Shown here in pieces: positions 16,929 to 28,024 of a stretch of 36,811 nt of DNA. This DNA is from a virus. Lineage: Duplodnaviria > Caudoviricetes. The stretch lies in the IMG/VR virus record IMGVR_UViG_3300010366_000027, positions 1 to 36,811 of that record. One strand, given 5' to 3'. Numbering within the stretch: the stretch's first letter is position 1; every line of letters starts with the position of its first letter. Made by a program: the position numbers and the translations under genes. The notes below the pieces were generated by a model. It was not told the origin of the DNA. It saw only the letters and a program-made list of their open reading frames with translations, and ran no database searches.

Positions 16929-17125
16929 GGATTCCCGATGAGATCAAAGCCGCAGCCCAGATCGCTTTCTCCGGTCAAGATCCGTGGAGGTTTCTTCATA
17001 CTTCCAATCCCGAGAAACGGTCGTACATGTACGCCATCGCGGTTGCCGTCCAGAAGTTGTATCTTGATCTCAACGAGGATCTCGCCAACAAAGTCATCGC
17101 CAAGCTCGCGGAGGCCATGAAGTAA
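16913..17125 (+). CDS. tail assembly chaperone gpGT extension via programmed -1 frameshift
   Basis: GGGGGAA at 16913-16919; the -1 frame is open (..SALGIPDEIKAAAQIAFSGQDPWRF...KLAEAMK*) to TAA 17123-17125, overlapping the tape measure ATG. Confidence 0.8.
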   Translation, partial: GGSALGIPDEIKAAAQIAFSGQDPWRFLHTSNPEKRSYMYAIAVAVQKLYLDLNEDLANKVIAKLAEAMK

Positions 17126-19278
17126 TGGCACTTGGAACGTCAGCCACTATTCGAATCGTACTCTCCGGCGTACAGGGAACGCTCGCCGGTATGACGGCTG
17201 TCGAAGGCAAGCTCGCTGGGCTGACGGAAGAAATGGCGTTGTTCTCGGCTGAGGAGAAGAAAGCTACCGAACGTTCGTGGTTGATGAACCAAGCTCTCTT
17301 CACAATGCGACGCTATGCTTACATGGGTACTCTCGCAGCGACTGGACTCGGGCTCGCGTTCCTCAAATGGGGTACTGACTTCAATGCGACGATGCAGAGC
17401 GCTGAACTCGCTCTCAAGCCGATGATGGGGAGTACGAGAGCGGTCAAGGACGAGCTGCAGACGCTCTTCAATATGGCGAAGATCAATCCGTTCACGTTCG
17501 CCGATATGACGAATGCGTTTCGCAAGATGTACATCGGACTTCACCCGCTCGGGATTTCAACCGCAGCTATCAACAGAACTCTGAAAGACATGGTTGACGC
17601 TCTCTCGGCTGCGGGCAATACGTCGCCTGGGGCGCTCAATCGGCTTTCGGTCGCTCTCCAGCATATGGCGTACTCGGGGCGGCTAACAGGATTCGCGGTC
17701 AACCAGCTGATGAGAGATGGCATTCCGATTGCCGCCGTTCTCAACAAGGAGTTCGGGATCACCGGCGATCAGCTTCACAACATCGCCAAGTTCGGGATCC
17801 CTGCCGGCGCTGTCCTCGACGCGATCAACAAGTACATAGAACAGACACCCGGACTCGCGAATGCGGCGGCACGGCAGGCCAAAACACTCGGTGGCGAGCT
17901 AGCGACGCTACACGACAACATCGCGCAGACGATGGGAGCGCTGACTGCGGGAGCGTTCGCTCGTACGACCGGCCCTGGTGGACTCCTACAAAGTATCAAC
18001 AATACGTTCAACGGGGTTGCCGCGATCATCAAGAAGCAGCACGGCAGGATTTCACTCGACCAGGTATTCGGAGTGATTGGGAAGAAGTATCCAGTCTTGT
18101 CCGGTCTACTCGATTTGATCGGAACGTGGGTTCAGTACATGCATCCCGTTCTTAGACTCACGTGGCTGTTTATTCAGGCTCTCCTTATCATGCTTTCTGT
18201 GCTGGGGAAAATATCTCTCATCTTTAGACCGTTCATCAGTGGGTTCGATTGGTTATTGAAGCACGTGCCTGGTCTTCAGTACGTCATCCTCTTTCTCGCC
18301 GCCGCCTGGACGCTCGACTACATAGCGATGAACAAGGTCAAGATCGTAACGATGATCCTCAGACCCCTTACCATAGCTCTGGAGGCTGCGCAAAAGATCC
18401 TGGCTGGGACGATGATGCTCCTCCGATTTGTGACGCTTCTTCTGAATAAGGAGTTGTGGATCCTTCTTTGGAATATGATCCGTGTGCGCGTCTCACTTCT
18501 TCTCATGAACGCAGCAGCGATCATAGGCAACAGCGCTCTCTGGAAGCTCTCGATTAGCGCCATCATAGCGACCATAAACTTCATCAGACTGCGGCTTGCT
18601 ATCCTCGCAACGAATGCTGCGCTTTGGTCGCTTGCGATCGACAACCCGATTGGCCTTCTGATTACGGCGGTCGTCCTGCTTGTCGGCGGGATCATCATCC
18701 TCTACTTCAAGTGGAAGTGGTTCCATGATCTTGTCAACCGTACGTTCACCTGGATCTGGAAGAACTGGAAGCTCGTGTCGGCGATTCTTGTCTTCATCCT
18801 TCCTCAGTTTGCGATCCTTCTCATCGTCTCGCGGCTCCTGTATGATCACTGGCGCGATCTCTGGGGTCTGCTCAAGCAGACCTGGAGTATCATCATCGGT
18901 GTTGGGAAGTGGATCAGTGACGCATTCCAGGACGTCTACAAATGGATCCTCAAAGTGATCGACAAGGTCAAGGATTTCCTCGGCCTCTGGAAGAAGATCC
19001 CCGGCGCGCAGTTCTTAGTAGGTGCTGCGAGGGGAGCTTGGAACCTCTTCACTGGTGGCGGCGGTGGCGGTACCTTCCCGATGGCGAATGCCGCGCTCGC
19101 CACTCCTGGTGGTGCTCTGTTGACACCTCAGCAGAATATTGATCCGTTCGCGGCGGCGAGGAAAGCGCAGGGCAAGAGCCCGTTCGCAATCACCATTCAT
19201 AACAACGTTCATATCGACGGGAAACAGGTAGCGACGAGCGTGGCGAAGACGAACCAAAAGCATAGGGCGCGGAAATGA
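17125..19278 (+). CDS. tape measure protein
   Basis: 717 aa, Ala-rich N-terminal TMP domain (MAKINPF), long hydrophobic/Trp-periodic region, NPIGLLI, VHIDGKQVA C-terminus. Confidence 0.92.
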   Translation: MALGTSATIRIVLSGVQGTLAGMTAVEGKLAGLTEEMALFSAEEKKATERSWLMNQALFTMRRYAYMGTLAATGLGLAFLKWGTDFNATMQSAELALKPMMGSTRAVKDELQTLFNMAKINPFTFADMTNAFRKMYIGLHPLGISTAAINRTLKDMVDALSAAGNTSPGALNRLSVALQHMAYSGRLTGFAVNQLMRDGIPIAAVLNKEFGITGDQLHNIAKFGIPAGAVLDAINKYIEQTPGLANAAARQAKTLGGELATLHDNIAQTMGALTAGAFARTTGPGGLLQSINNTFNGVAAIIKKQHGRISLDQVFGVIGKKYPVLSGLLDLIGTWVQYMHPVLRLTWLFIQALLIMLSVLGKISLIFRPFISGFDWLLKHVPGLQYVILFLAAAWTLDYIAMNKVKIVTMILRPLTIALEAAQKILAGTMMLLRFVTLLLNKELWILLWNMIRVRVSLLLMNAAAIIGNSALWKLSISAIIATINFIRLRLAILATNAALWSLAIDNPIGLLITAVVLLVGGIIILYFKWKWFHDLVNRTFTWIWKNWKLVSAILVFILPQFAILLIVSRLLYDHWRDLWGLLKQTWSIIIGVGKWISDAFQDVYKWILKVIDKVKDFLGLWKKIPGAQFLVGAARGAWNLFTGGGGGGTFPMANAALATPGGALLTPQQNIDPFAAARKAQGKSPFAITIHNNVHIDGKQVATSVAKTNQKHRARK

Positions 19279-19910
19279 GAATCCCAGACAGGTACTACTA
19301 CACGTTTCGGTCGAGCGCCGGCAGCGTCGTCAAAGTCTTGCGTGGTACGGACTCGCCTAGTATCGTCGGCGGCGAGGGCGGCTGGAACATGATCCCCCGT
19401 CCGCGCCGCGTTAGTTTGACGCAGTGGGGCGGTCGAGATCCGTACCAGATGGATGTTCCGGTTCTGTTCGACGGCTGGAGAATGCAAACGAGCGTCGAAC
19501 AGGACATCCGCCGTCTACAGGCTATGTCAATCGGTTCCGACTTCACTCCACCGCCGACAATCAAGGTCGATGGAGCCCTGCCGATTGGCGGCGCGACCTG
19601 GGTGATCACGAGCATCGACTGGGGCACCGAGGTGTATTGGTCACAGACTCAAAAGGGTCAGTTCTTCAGGATGCGCCAAGACGCGACCGTTCATTTGACG
19701 CAGTTCATCGCCGAGCAGCGCCTGAAGATCACAGTCACGAACTCGCTCCCAAACAAATACTCGGTACCGAAGGGATCAATAACATCTCTCAAGAAGATCG
19801 CGTTTGCAATGTATGGTAGTCCGAATCGCTGGAAAGACATAGCGGCTGCGAATCCGTCGATTCGTGATCCGAATAAGATCAAAGGCCCGAAGGAAATCAG
19901 GATCCCGTAA
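19275..19910 (+). CDS. tail tube initiator/LysM-domain protein
   Basis: C-terminal LysM-like LKKIAFAMYGSPNRWKDIAAANPSIRDPNKI...IRIP. Confidence 0.8.
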   Translation: MRIPDRYYYTFRSSAGSVVKVLRGTDSPSIVGGEGGWNMIPRPRRVSLTQWGGRDPYQMDVPVLFDGWRMQTSVEQDIRRLQAMSIGSDFTPPPTIKVDGALPIGGATWVITSIDWGTEVYWSQTQKGQFFRMRQDATVHLTQFIAEQRLKITVTNSLPNKYSVPKGSITSLKKIAFAMYGSPNRWKDIAAANPSIRDPNKIKGPKEIRIP

Positions 19911-22105
19911 TGGCTCCTAAGAAACAAGCTCTGACCGCAGTTCGGAAACTCGAACTGTCGAAGATCAATCAGAACGAGATCCAGCGGGAGCTGATGGGGG
20001 ATGATCTCGATCTTGAGAAGCTGGTCGTCTACCTCAAGAGTCAGATCCTGTTCGATACGACCGACCGGGTGATCGATGTTCAGGTCACCAGGCAGATCGA
20101 CGGCGCGAGTACGATTGATCTCACTCTGAATGATTACGACCGTTCCATTCTCCGCAGTTGGGCTCTGAATGCGAAGCTCGACATTGAGATCGATGGGATG
20201 TGGTTCCGGCTCGTCTCTTGTTCCAAGAATGCGACCGACGATGAACTCAAGCTCACGTTCGAGCAGCGCGAGATCGCTCTGCTGCGCTCATACCCGAAGC
20301 CGGACACAACCGAGTACACGCTTGAGAACGCGAAGAAATGGGTCAAGTGGGCGAGTCGCGACAAGGTAACGCGAGCGGAGTTCATCCTCAATCTGATTCG
20401 CGAGGTCAAGGAAGTCAAAATCCCTGTCGTGATCCCGCATCTGGCTCAGATTCAGAACATCGCCAAGAATACGGATCTGTCGAGCGCCTACTCACCCGGT
20501 AGTGGCGTCGCAACCTCGGGAGGGATCCCAGCCAACTATAACAGGGAGCAAGAGAGGAACTACCTTGGCATTCGAGCCCAGCAACCGGGACACAAGCCGA
20601 TCAAGGTAGGCCCGAACATTCTCACCGTCAAGCACGTTCGAGCTACGCCGGAGCAGATTGGGAATGCAAATACAATCATTTCGGTCGGTACCAATAAAGG
20701 TGCTCGCCGGAAAGTGATCGTCTGCGCAATCATGGCAGCAATCGACGAATCGGTTCTTATCAACAGGTCGGGTGGCCTCGATGACAGCGTTGGTCTCTTC
20801 CAGCAGCGTCCTAGCCAGGGTTGGGGCAGCTACGCCGATCTTCACGATCCGGCGACTGCGGCCGGAAAGTTCTATGGACATCCTGGGAACGCGATAGCAA
20901 AGGATGCGTCGCAACCTGGCCTTAGCTTCAACGATCTCACACAGCTAGTTCAAGGGTCGGGAACGCCGGATGCTTATGGCCAGTACCGAGCCGAGGCCGA
21001 AGCGTTTGTGAGCGCGTATGGGATCCCGCCAGGTGGCGAGGGTAATGCGCCCACCGGTGGTACGGCTGGATCGACCGAAGGAAGTGCGGCTGCTGCGAAC
21101 GCAATGGGGCAGACTTGGACGAATCCCGGTGCGGATGGATCCTACTACTACTATCGCGGCATACCGCCGACTCGCAACAAAGGTTGGTGGAAGCGCGAAA
21201 GTAACTGGGATTGTATTCAGAGACTCGCGTCCGAGGTCGGCTGGCGCGCATTCTTCATAGGTGGTGTCTTCTACTACCTGACCGACGAGGATCTTTTCAA
21301 GACGCAGCCGATAGCGTCCGTCACCGAGAGTACACCAGGAGTCATGGGGATCGGGTTCGACTATGACGTCGGACGCAGGGGCGCAACCGTAGACCTACCT
21401 TGTCAGGTTGGACTCTGGTTAGCGCCGCCGGGGTCGGTGATCGTGTTGACGGATCTCGGCCCGCTCGACGGCCGCTGGATCGTCAACTCATTCACCCGTA
21501 GTCTATTCGACTCGAACGCCGATGTCCAGTTGATGAAGCCGTCGCCGAAGCTCCTGGAGCCCGCAACCGAGACCTTCAAGAAGCCGACTTGGGCGAATGT
21601 TCCGGCTACCGCTCCTTCGGTCTACAATGGAAAGAATCAAGCTCAGTTCGGCGGCGAGCCCGGTACAAACAACGGAGATCGTCTCTCGGTCGTTGCGGTT
21701 GCAAAGAAAGCCCTTGAGGTACAGCAGAAATGGCCGTTCTATTATCACGAAGTTCGGCCTATGCCGACGACGCTTTGGAGTGCCGACTGTCATGCTGGTG
21801 GCACCGGGATCGACTGCTCGGGGTTCTGCACTCTAGTTTACAAAGAGGCTGGATGTGCAGATCCCTCCAATCATAACTATGATAGGATGGAATGGACGAG
21901 TACGATGGCCAACTCTGCGAATGCTCTCCCGGTGACGAATCCTCTTCCTGGTGATCTGGCGTTCTTCGGATCTCCTCCCGATTATACTCATGTCGCGCTC
22001 TGTATTGGTAACGGAGAGACCATAGAGTGCGGAACTTCTGCCGGGGTCAGGCAAGATTACCTGGCTGGTAGAGGAGCCGTGTATCGGAGCTACCTGCCGC
22101 GATGA
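19910..22105 (+). CDS. baseplate hub fused to lytic-transglycosylase-like and NlpC/P60 domains
   Basis: AAIDES...[16 protein letters not shown] lysozyme-like motif; [15 protein letters not shown] and HVALCIG NlpC/P60 motifs; synteny. Confidence 0.8.
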   Translation: MAPKKQALTAVRKLELSKINQNEIQRELMGDDLDLEKLVVYLKSQILFDTTDRVIDVQVTRQIDGASTIDLTLNDYDRSILRSWALNAKLDIEIDGMWFRLVSCSKNATDDELKLTFEQREIALLRSYPKPDTTEYTLENAKKWVKWASRDKVTRAEFILNLIREVKEVKIPVVIPHLAQIQNIAKNTDLSSAYSPGSGVATSGGIPANYNREQERNYLGIRAQQPGHKPIKVGPNILTVKHVRATPEQIGNANTIISVGTNKGARRKVIVCAIMAAIDESVLINRSGGLDDSVGLFQQRPSQGWGSYADLHDPATAAGKFYGHPGNAIAKDASQPGLSFNDLTQLVQGSGTPDAYGQYRAEAEAFVSAYGIPPGGEGNAPTGGTAGSTEGSAAAANAMGQTWTNPGADGSYYYYRGIPPTRNKGWWKRESNWDCIQRLASEVGWRAFFIGGVFYYLTDEDLFKTQPIASVTESTPGVMGIGFDYDVGRRGATVDLPCQVGLWLAPPGSVIVLTDLGPLDGRWIVNSFTRSLFDSNADVQLMKPSPKLLEPATETFKKPTWANVPATAPSVYNGKNQAQFGGEPGTNNGDRLSVVAVAKKALEVQQKWPFYYHEVRPMPTTLWSADCHAGGTGIDCSGFCTLVYKEAGCADPSNHNYDRMEWTSTMANSANALPVTNPLPGDLAFFGSPPDYTHVALCIGNGETIECGTSAGVRQDYLAGRGAVYRSYLPR

Positions 22106-24264
22106 GTGATATCTATCAAGATATTGCGCCGCCTGAGGTCTCGCTCGGACAGGTGTACCGGGGGATTGTCAACAAATCTCCGTCTACGATCTCGGATGCA
22201 GTCGATGTCGTCATACCGGACATCCGTGATGACATGGTGTTCGAGAACGTTCGTCCGCAGGTGGGGAGTTCCCTTCAAGTTCCGCAGGTCGGGGATGAGA
22301 TCCTTATCATCTTCGACAATAACAATCAGCCTTGGGCGCTCTCTTGGGGGCCGAGCGGCGGTGGCGGTTCTCTTCTACAAGGCAACTGGAACTGGACGAC
22401 CTCGACAACTGCGCCTGCTGCGAAATATGTCGGCATCAATACTGCTGCTTGGAATACCGCGACGCAAGTCAACATTTCGAAGACGAACGGCGCGAACTCC
22501 GACACCAGCAATGTTCTTGCGAGTTTTGTTCCTGGCGATGTCATCTATCTTCAGGATACGGCTGACGCAACCAAGTGGGGCCGTTACTCAGTCACTGCCG
22601 GCGGCACCGACCAAGGGACATACTACAGTTTCCCGGTCACCTATGTTTCGAGCGCGGGAACGCCGCCTGCGAATAATCGCAATACGACCGTTCAAGTAAC
22701 ATCAGCTCCTGTCCCCGGCCCACCTGGCCCGACCGGCCCTGCCGGCCCTGCGGGGCCAACCGGCCCGACGGGAGCTACAGGGCCGCAAGGGCCGCAAGGC
22801 AATACTGGTGCAACTGGTGCGACCGGCCCTCAAGGCCCACAAGGTAACACAGGTGCTACGGGAGCTACCGGCCCACAAGGCCCAACAGGGGCGACCGGCC
22901 CGACGGGGCCAGCCGGTATAACATGGCGAGGAGCTTGGTCTGCGGCTACTGCGTATGCGGTCAACGACGGAGTTACGTATGGTGGTTCGTCATATCGTCG
23001 CAAGGTAGCAGGAACGACGGCAGGATCACCGGATACCGATACGACTAACTGGGAACTTCTTGCACAATCTGGTGCGACAGGTGCCACTGGCCCCGCTGGC
23101 CCGACCGGCCCTACAGGGGCGACGGGTGTGCAGGGGCCGCCAGGCGCAACCGGAGCGACGGGCCCAACGGGGCCAACTGGCGCTACTGGAACACGTGGTT
23201 CTCTTTGGAGATCGGGAGCTGGAGCGCCGTCTGGTGGAACTCCTATCGCGCAAGATCAAGCTCTTGATACAACCGCTGGCGACGTTTACCAATATACCAC
23301 TTCCTGGGGTGTCACAGGAAACATTAGAGGCCCGACAGGAGCGACGGGGCCGACAGGCCCGCCAGGAGCTACTGGCCCACCGGGTTCGACGACTCCAGCC
23401 AATATTCTCTATCGTGGCCAGTACAGCGCATCGACTACGTACCACGATGGTGAGTATGTCGTCGGGCCGGATGGCAATACATATCAGTGCGTGATCGAGG
23501 GTACGCTCGGGGTCGCTCCTACGCCTTGGTCGAATCCCTGGCTCGCGATTCCAACTCCTGTAGTCAACGGACAATGGATCAAGGGCGTCGGCGGACTCCC
23601 GGTTTGGAGTCCTATCGCAGCCGGTGATCTACCGGATCTCTCCGCCACCTACCAAGCTAGAACCGAGAAGGCTGCGGCCAACGGTTACGCAGGGCTCGAC
23701 GGCACCGGCAAGGTTCCCGCAGCGCAGTTGCCTGCTCTGGGCATGAGCAACCCGATGGCGGCAGTAGGTGACTTGATTGTCGGTGGTGCATCCGGTACTC
23801 CGACGAGGCTCGCGGGTGGAGCCAGTCTGACAGGGCTTTACATGTCCGGAAGTAATGTTGTCTGGAGACGACCGTTCGTTAGTCAGAACTCCGGCCCTGA
23901 CCAGCCGTACATTACCTCGACTGGCTGGGTCTACATGGGTATGGGCGGTTCGTTTCAGATTGTGCCAACGGTGACAGGACGCGTGTTCATCATGATGACG
24001 TGTCTCGTCAATAATGTCACCAATACCAAACTATCTCTCGAACTAACGGTGATGAACTTTCTGCCTTCATGGAATACAGCCTATTCGAGTGGAGCCTTCG
24101 GCCCAGCTTACGCGATCAATGCTGGTCTAGTCACCTTGTTCGGTTATCAGAATCTTGCAGTTGGCGGTACGTATTACTGCGACATGATCGCGAGTGTTGA
24201 TTCTGGCGCGACCTACGGTGGCAACGCGCCGAGAAATGTCTGGTGGTTGGCGTTCGAGATATGA
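22102..24264 (+). CDS. baseplate spike (gpV-like N-terminus) fused to a collagen-like fibre
   Basis: [18 protein letters not shown]-fold motif; three Gly-X-Y blocks; carbohydrate-binding-like WRGAW/YRGQY repeats. Confidence 0.75.
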   Translation: MSDIYQDIAPPEVSLGQVYRGIVNKSPSTISDAVDVVIPDIRDDMVFENVRPQVGSSLQVPQVGDEILIIFDNNNQPWALSWGPSGGGGSLLQGNWNWTTSTTAPAAKYVGINTAAWNTATQVNISKTNGANSDTSNVLASFVPGDVIYLQDTADATKWGRYSVTAGGTDQGTYYSFPVTYVSSAGTPPANNRNTTVQVTSAPVPGPPGPTGPAGPAGPTGPTGATGPQGPQGNTGATGATGPQGPQGNTGATGATGPQGPTGATGPTGPAGITWRGAWSAATAYAVNDGVTYGGSSYRRKVAGTTAGSPDTDTTNWELLAQSGATGATGPAGPTGPTGATGVQGPPGATGATGPTGPTGATGTRGSLWRSGAGAPSGGTPIAQDQALDTTAGDVYQYTTSWGVTGNIRGPTGATGPTGPPGATGPPGSTTPANILYRGQYSASTTYHDGEYVVGPDGNTYQCVIEGTLGVAPTPWSNPWLAIPTPVVNGQWIKGVGGLPVWSPIAAGDLPDLSATYQARTEKAAANGYAGLDGTGKVPAAQLPALGMSNPMAAVGDLIVGGASGTPTRLAGGASLTGLYMSGSNVVWRRPFVSQNSGPDQPYITSTGWVYMGMGGSFQIVPTVTGRVFIMMTCLVNNVTNTKLSLELTVMNFLPSWNTAYSSGAFGPAYAINAGLVTLFGYQNLAVGGTYYCDMIASVDSGATYGGNAPRNVWWLAFEI
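22716..23385 (+). repeat. collagen-like Gly-X-Y coding repeats (three blocks)
   Basis: GPT/GAT/GPQ triplets in the translation. Confidence 0.9.
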
Positions 24265-25076
24265 GTAAACCGGAAACATTGACAGCACCTCCGGTCGGGA
24301 CGAACTGGGTACCCGTTGGGCCTGGTGGCCCGGCAATGCCTGCCGGTGGATCGACCGGCCAGGCGCTCGTCAAGCACAGCGGTACCGACTTTGACGTCCA
24401 GTGGGCGACTCCGGTATCTGGCTCGAACATCACGTACCGTGGTGCGTACGCCGCCGGCACTACATATAACGATGGTGATATAGTTGTAGGAGCAGACGGA
24501 ATCACCTACCTGTGCCAGATCAACGGAACGGTTGGCGTCACTCCGACGCCATGGGGGCCAGGGCCGATCACTCCGTACGGAACGAGTTTGCCGTCTACTC
24601 CCGTTGATGGGATGGAAGCGATCCTTGTCGATTCAACAACTAACCCGAGTTACCAGTGGCGCTTCCGCTACAACGCTGGCAATACCGGCAGTTATAAGTG
24701 GGAGTTTGTCGGCGGGACACCAGCTAATGTTTCTACAGGAGCTAACGAAGGCACGGCTAGCACTTCGTATGTGACGCTTCCCAGTGGGCCTAGTTTTACC
24801 GTTCCTAGGGCTGGGATCTATATGGTGGCAGGATCGTCTCGTCTTTATGCTAGTGCTATCTGTCAACCTTCAGTTGGGATTCACGTTGACACTACCCTTC
24901 AGGCTGATTACTACGCATATCAGCCAGCCGTCAATCAAGAATCTCCGCTCGCGTGGGTTGGATGGAAAGTCGCAGCAAATCCTGGCCAGGTTATCAATCT
25001 TCGATATAAGACGACTGGTGGAACAGCTCAGTTCCTCAATCGTCAGATGGTTATAACTCCAACTGTGGTCGCGTGA
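24261..25076 (+). CDS. minor tail/fibre protein
   Basis: ATGA coupling at 24261; [20 protein letters not shown] fibre motif; shares a module with the upstream ORF. Confidence 0.75.
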   Translation: MSKPETLTAPPVGTNWVPVGPGGPAMPAGGSTGQALVKHSGTDFDVQWATPVSGSNITYRGAYAAGTTYNDGDIVVGADGITYLCQINGTVGVTPTPWGPGPITPYGTSLPSTPVDGMEAILVDSTTNPSYQWRFRYNAGNTGSYKWEFVGGTPANVSTGANEGTASTSYVTLPSGPSFTVPRAGIYMVAGSSRLYASAICQPSVGIHVDTTLQADYYAYQPAVNQESPLAWVGWKVAANPGQVINLRYKTTGGTAQFLNRQMVITPTVVA

Positions 25077-25083
25077 TGGTATC

Positions 25084-26487
25084 ATGAGTAACCCAAGTAT
25101 CGAACCGCTCGCAGCCCCGACAACTACGACGCCGTGGATTCCGATTGGGCCATCCGGTCTTAGCCAACAACCGTCGGTCGGAACGAAAACCATTCTAGGC
25201 GGCACTGCTCAGAGCATCCCGTCCGGAGCGTGGACGGTACTTACGTTTGATCAAGTCAGTTGGGATACGGTAGCTGGCTGGTCGGCGTCTAACCCAACGC
25301 GGCTGACGTGTAAATCGGCGGGCATCTATACTGCGTCCGCAACCTATCTGTTCGGTGGTAACACAACTGGGCAGAGGATCATCGCTTTCCGGGTCAACGG
25401 CAGTCAGTTCACGTACACGCAAGGAATTGCATCGGCTGGCTCGGCACAGGCCGTTCGATGTGCAGTCACCGAATCGTTCAACCTCAGCGTTGGTGATTAC
25501 ATCGAAGTGATGGTCTACCAGGATTCCGGTTCAGCGTTGGTTGGATCTACCGGAGTGGGTAATCAGTCGGCATCGCTCGTCGCTGCCGGTGGAACGACTA
25601 GCGTGACGGGGATTACCGTTTCGACACCGAGCGTTCGTGTGTATCGTTCAACATCGCAAGCGATTCCAAATAGTGCATTCACGGCAATCAGCTTCGACAC
25701 CGTTCGGTACGACCAAGGAGCAGCATCACCGCATTGGAGTGCGAGTAACCCGACTCGTCTCACGTGTCAGGTTGCGGGTACCTATATTATTTGGGGTATG
25801 GCGCAGTTCGTGCCACAAGCAGGAGGTACAAACAGATCATCAGCCCTTTACTTGAATGGACAGACAGTTCTCGTCGGTGTCGGTGGTGTCCGTGGAGCCA
25901 CGACAACGGGTGGTAGTCAAGATTATCCACAAGCCAATAACCCTACAATCGTAAAGCTCAATGTTGGTGACTATGTAGAGCTTTACGTTCTTCAAGACTC
26001 TGGTGTTACTGCCAATACGAACAACAGCACCGCCACCAATCAGCAGGGGTTGGAACTTGCGATGGCGATGGTCGGTGGGCCGAAGGGCGATCCCGGTATC
26101 GGCGTTCCGACTCCGGTCGTCAACGGACAATGGATCAAAGGTGTAGGCGGCGCTGCGGTTTGGTCGCCGATCAGGTCGGTTGATCTTCCTGGGCGCCCGG
26201 TGCTGATGGCGTACGTGAACAGTGGTGGCGGATTCGCTTGGGGATATGCGGCAACCGGCTGTACATTCACCGCTGTCCGTACTGGCGCCGGGAACCACAC
26301 GATCACCGCGACTGCCGGATTCTCGTCGGGCAATGCGCCGTGCCTTGTCACAGCGGTCGGGCAGTCGGTTGTAATCGGCGCGACGCAAGCGACAACAACG
26401 ACTTGGAACGTCTACATTACAACTCCGAGCGCGTGGATGGATGCGCCGTTCTATATCGTGATTCTCGACGCGACGACCCTCGCATAA
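25084..26487 (+). CDS. tail fibre/receptor-binding protein with two C1q-like beta domains
   Basis: Duplicated FD...WSASNPTRLTC..AG.Y...L.VGDY.E..V.QDSG module. Confidence 0.75.
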   Translation: MSNPSIEPLAAPTTTTPWIPIGPSGLSQQPSVGTKTILGGTAQSIPSGAWTVLTFDQVSWDTVAGWSASNPTRLTCKSAGIYTASATYLFGGNTTGQRIIAFRVNGSQFTYTQGIASAGSAQAVRCAVTESFNLSVGDYIEVMVYQDSGSALVGSTGVGNQSASLVAAGGTTSVTGITVSTPSVRVYRSTSQAIPNSAFTAISFDTVRYDQGAASPHWSASNPTRLTCQVAGTYIIWGMAQFVPQAGGTNRSSALYLNGQTVLVGVGGVRGATTTGGSQDYPQANNPTIVKLNVGDYVELYVLQDSGVTANTNNSTATNQQGLELAMAMVGGPKGDPGIGVPTPVVNGQWIKGVGGAAVWSPIRSVDLPGRPVLMAYVNSGGGFAWGYAATGCTFTAVRTGAGNHTITATAGFSSGNAPCLVTAVGQSVVIGATQATTTTWNVYITTPSAWMDAPFYIVILDATTLA

Positions 26488-26495
26488 GGAGAGAT

Positions 26496-26831
26496 ATGAC
26501 TGACGTTCCGCACTTTGATCTTCCGTTCAAGCTTGGGCCTGCCGGTGCGAACGTCGTCGAGCAGGACTCCCTCGATGACATTGCGAACTGCGTGATAGCC
26601 GTCGCCCTGACTCATGTTGGGTTCCGCGAGCTAGCGCCGACATTTGGGGTACCGGATTTCGGTCTGCGCAAGCAGCCGCTCGGAGCCGACGACATACAGA
26701 ACTGGATCGCCAACCAGGAACCGCGCGCAGTTCTCCTGGCGGACGAGACACCAGACGCGGGAGACAAGTTGATCTCTAGAATCAATCTCGGCGTTTCAAT
26801 GGTCGCGAAGGGAGGTGGGTCTGTCGTATGA
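26496..26831 (+). CDS. baseplate wedge gp25/GPW-like protein
   Basis: RBS AAGGAG; VEQDSLDDI, G.REL.PTFG and QEPRA motifs; lies before the gpJ-like gene. Confidence 0.8.
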   Translation: MTDVPHFDLPFKLGPAGANVVEQDSLDDIANCVIAVALTHVGFRELAPTFGVPDFGLRKQPLGADDIQNWIANQEPRAVLLADETPDAGDKLISRINLGVSMVAKGGGSVV

Positions 26832-28024
26832 GTAGTGGCTACATTGAGTACCCGATTGACTCGAACTCGGCCGACATTCTGGATCAGGCGTATGCCGATA
26901 TCAAGAGCAGGTCTCCGAACTGGGTCGAGAACGACGGCAACCTCGACACATGGATCCTTCAGATCGTCGCCTCGGAGGCGTCTGGCCTCTACACCCTAGC
27001 GCAAGATGTGCCCGATACGATTTTCAAATGGTACGGCTCGAACATCATGTCGCTCCCGCCGCAGGAGGCTACGCCGGCAATCGTCGGCTCGACCTGGACA
27101 ATGGTAGACAGCGCTGGCTACCTGATCCCCGCCGGCACGCAGGTCTCGATCCGGGATAGCGTCGGCGTCGATCACGCATTCACGACCGGCACCGACGTGA
27201 CGGTGCCGGCAGGTTCGACCGTCACGGCGGCAGGAGCGGTCACCCTCACCTCGGTCGAAGCGGGAGCAAATGTCTCGGGGATCGGGAGCGCTGGATACCT
27301 GGCGACGATGATTGATACGCTCGCCTTCGTGCAATCGGTTGCTCTTACCGGCGCTACCGCTGGCGGACTGGATGCCGAGCTATCGAGCGACTACAACAAC
27401 CGGCTCGCGCGCAAGATGCAGCGCCTGTCGCAGCGTCCGGTGTTGGCCTCGGACTTCAGCCTTGCTGCGCTCGACGTGACCGGCGTCTTCCGCTCGGTTG
27501 CGCTCGATGGATTCAATCCGGCTGGCGGTGGTACGTTCGGGAATGAGAAGATGATCGGGATCGCTGCTGTAGACGCGAATGGTGTCGCCGTCTCGGGCAC
27601 GATCAAGACGAACCTCACTAACTATCTGCAGTCGCTGCGCGAGATGAACTTCGTCGTCAATGTCTTCGACCCCACCACTACGCAGATCGACGTTACCTTC
27701 AACGTCAAATGTCTCACAGGCTACACGACGGCGGTTGTGCAGTCGAACGCGGTCGCGGCGGTACAGAGCTACTTGTCTCCGGCGCACTGGGGTCAGGATC
27801 CGTCGATCACCGATGCGACAGCATCTGCGCAATCCTGGATCGAGACGAACATCGTCTACTACAACAAGGTTCTGAACATTCTTGACCAGGCGCAGGGAGT
27901 AGATCGCGTGATATCGATGACGATGGCGATTCATCTAGCCGCGCTCGGAACTGCGGACATAACCTTGCCGGGGCACGCGACCCTCACGAATGTCGGTACG
28001 ATCAACGGGACGGCGACGCCATGA
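26828..28024 (+). CDS. baseplate J-like protein
   Basis: IPAGTQV and GGLDAELSSDYNNRL motifs; size and synteny. Confidence 0.88.
   Translation: MSSGYIEYPIDSNSADILDQAYADIKSRSPNWVENDGNLDTWILQIVASEASGLYTLAQDVPDTIFKWYGSNIMSLPPQEATPAIVGSTWTMVDSAGYLIPAGTQVSIRDSVGVDHAFTTGTDVTVPAGSTVTAAGAVTLTSVEAGANVSGIGSAGYLATMIDTLAFVQSVALTGATAGGLDAELSSDYNNRLARKMQRLSQRPVLASDFSLAALDVTGVFRSVALDGFNPAGGGTFGNEKMIGIAAVDANGVAVSGTIKTNLTNYLQSLREMNFVVNVFDPTTTQIDVTFNVKCLTGYTTAVVQSNAVAAVQSYLSPAHWGQDPSITDATASAQSWIETNIVYYNKVLNILDQAQGVDRVISMTMAIHLAALGTADITLPGHATLTNVGTINGTATP

Noticed and set aside
16938-17120. 60-aa ORF in the track between chaperone and tape measure
   Set aside because: Wrong frame; the -1 frame ending at 17125 has better composition and is coupled to the tape measure start
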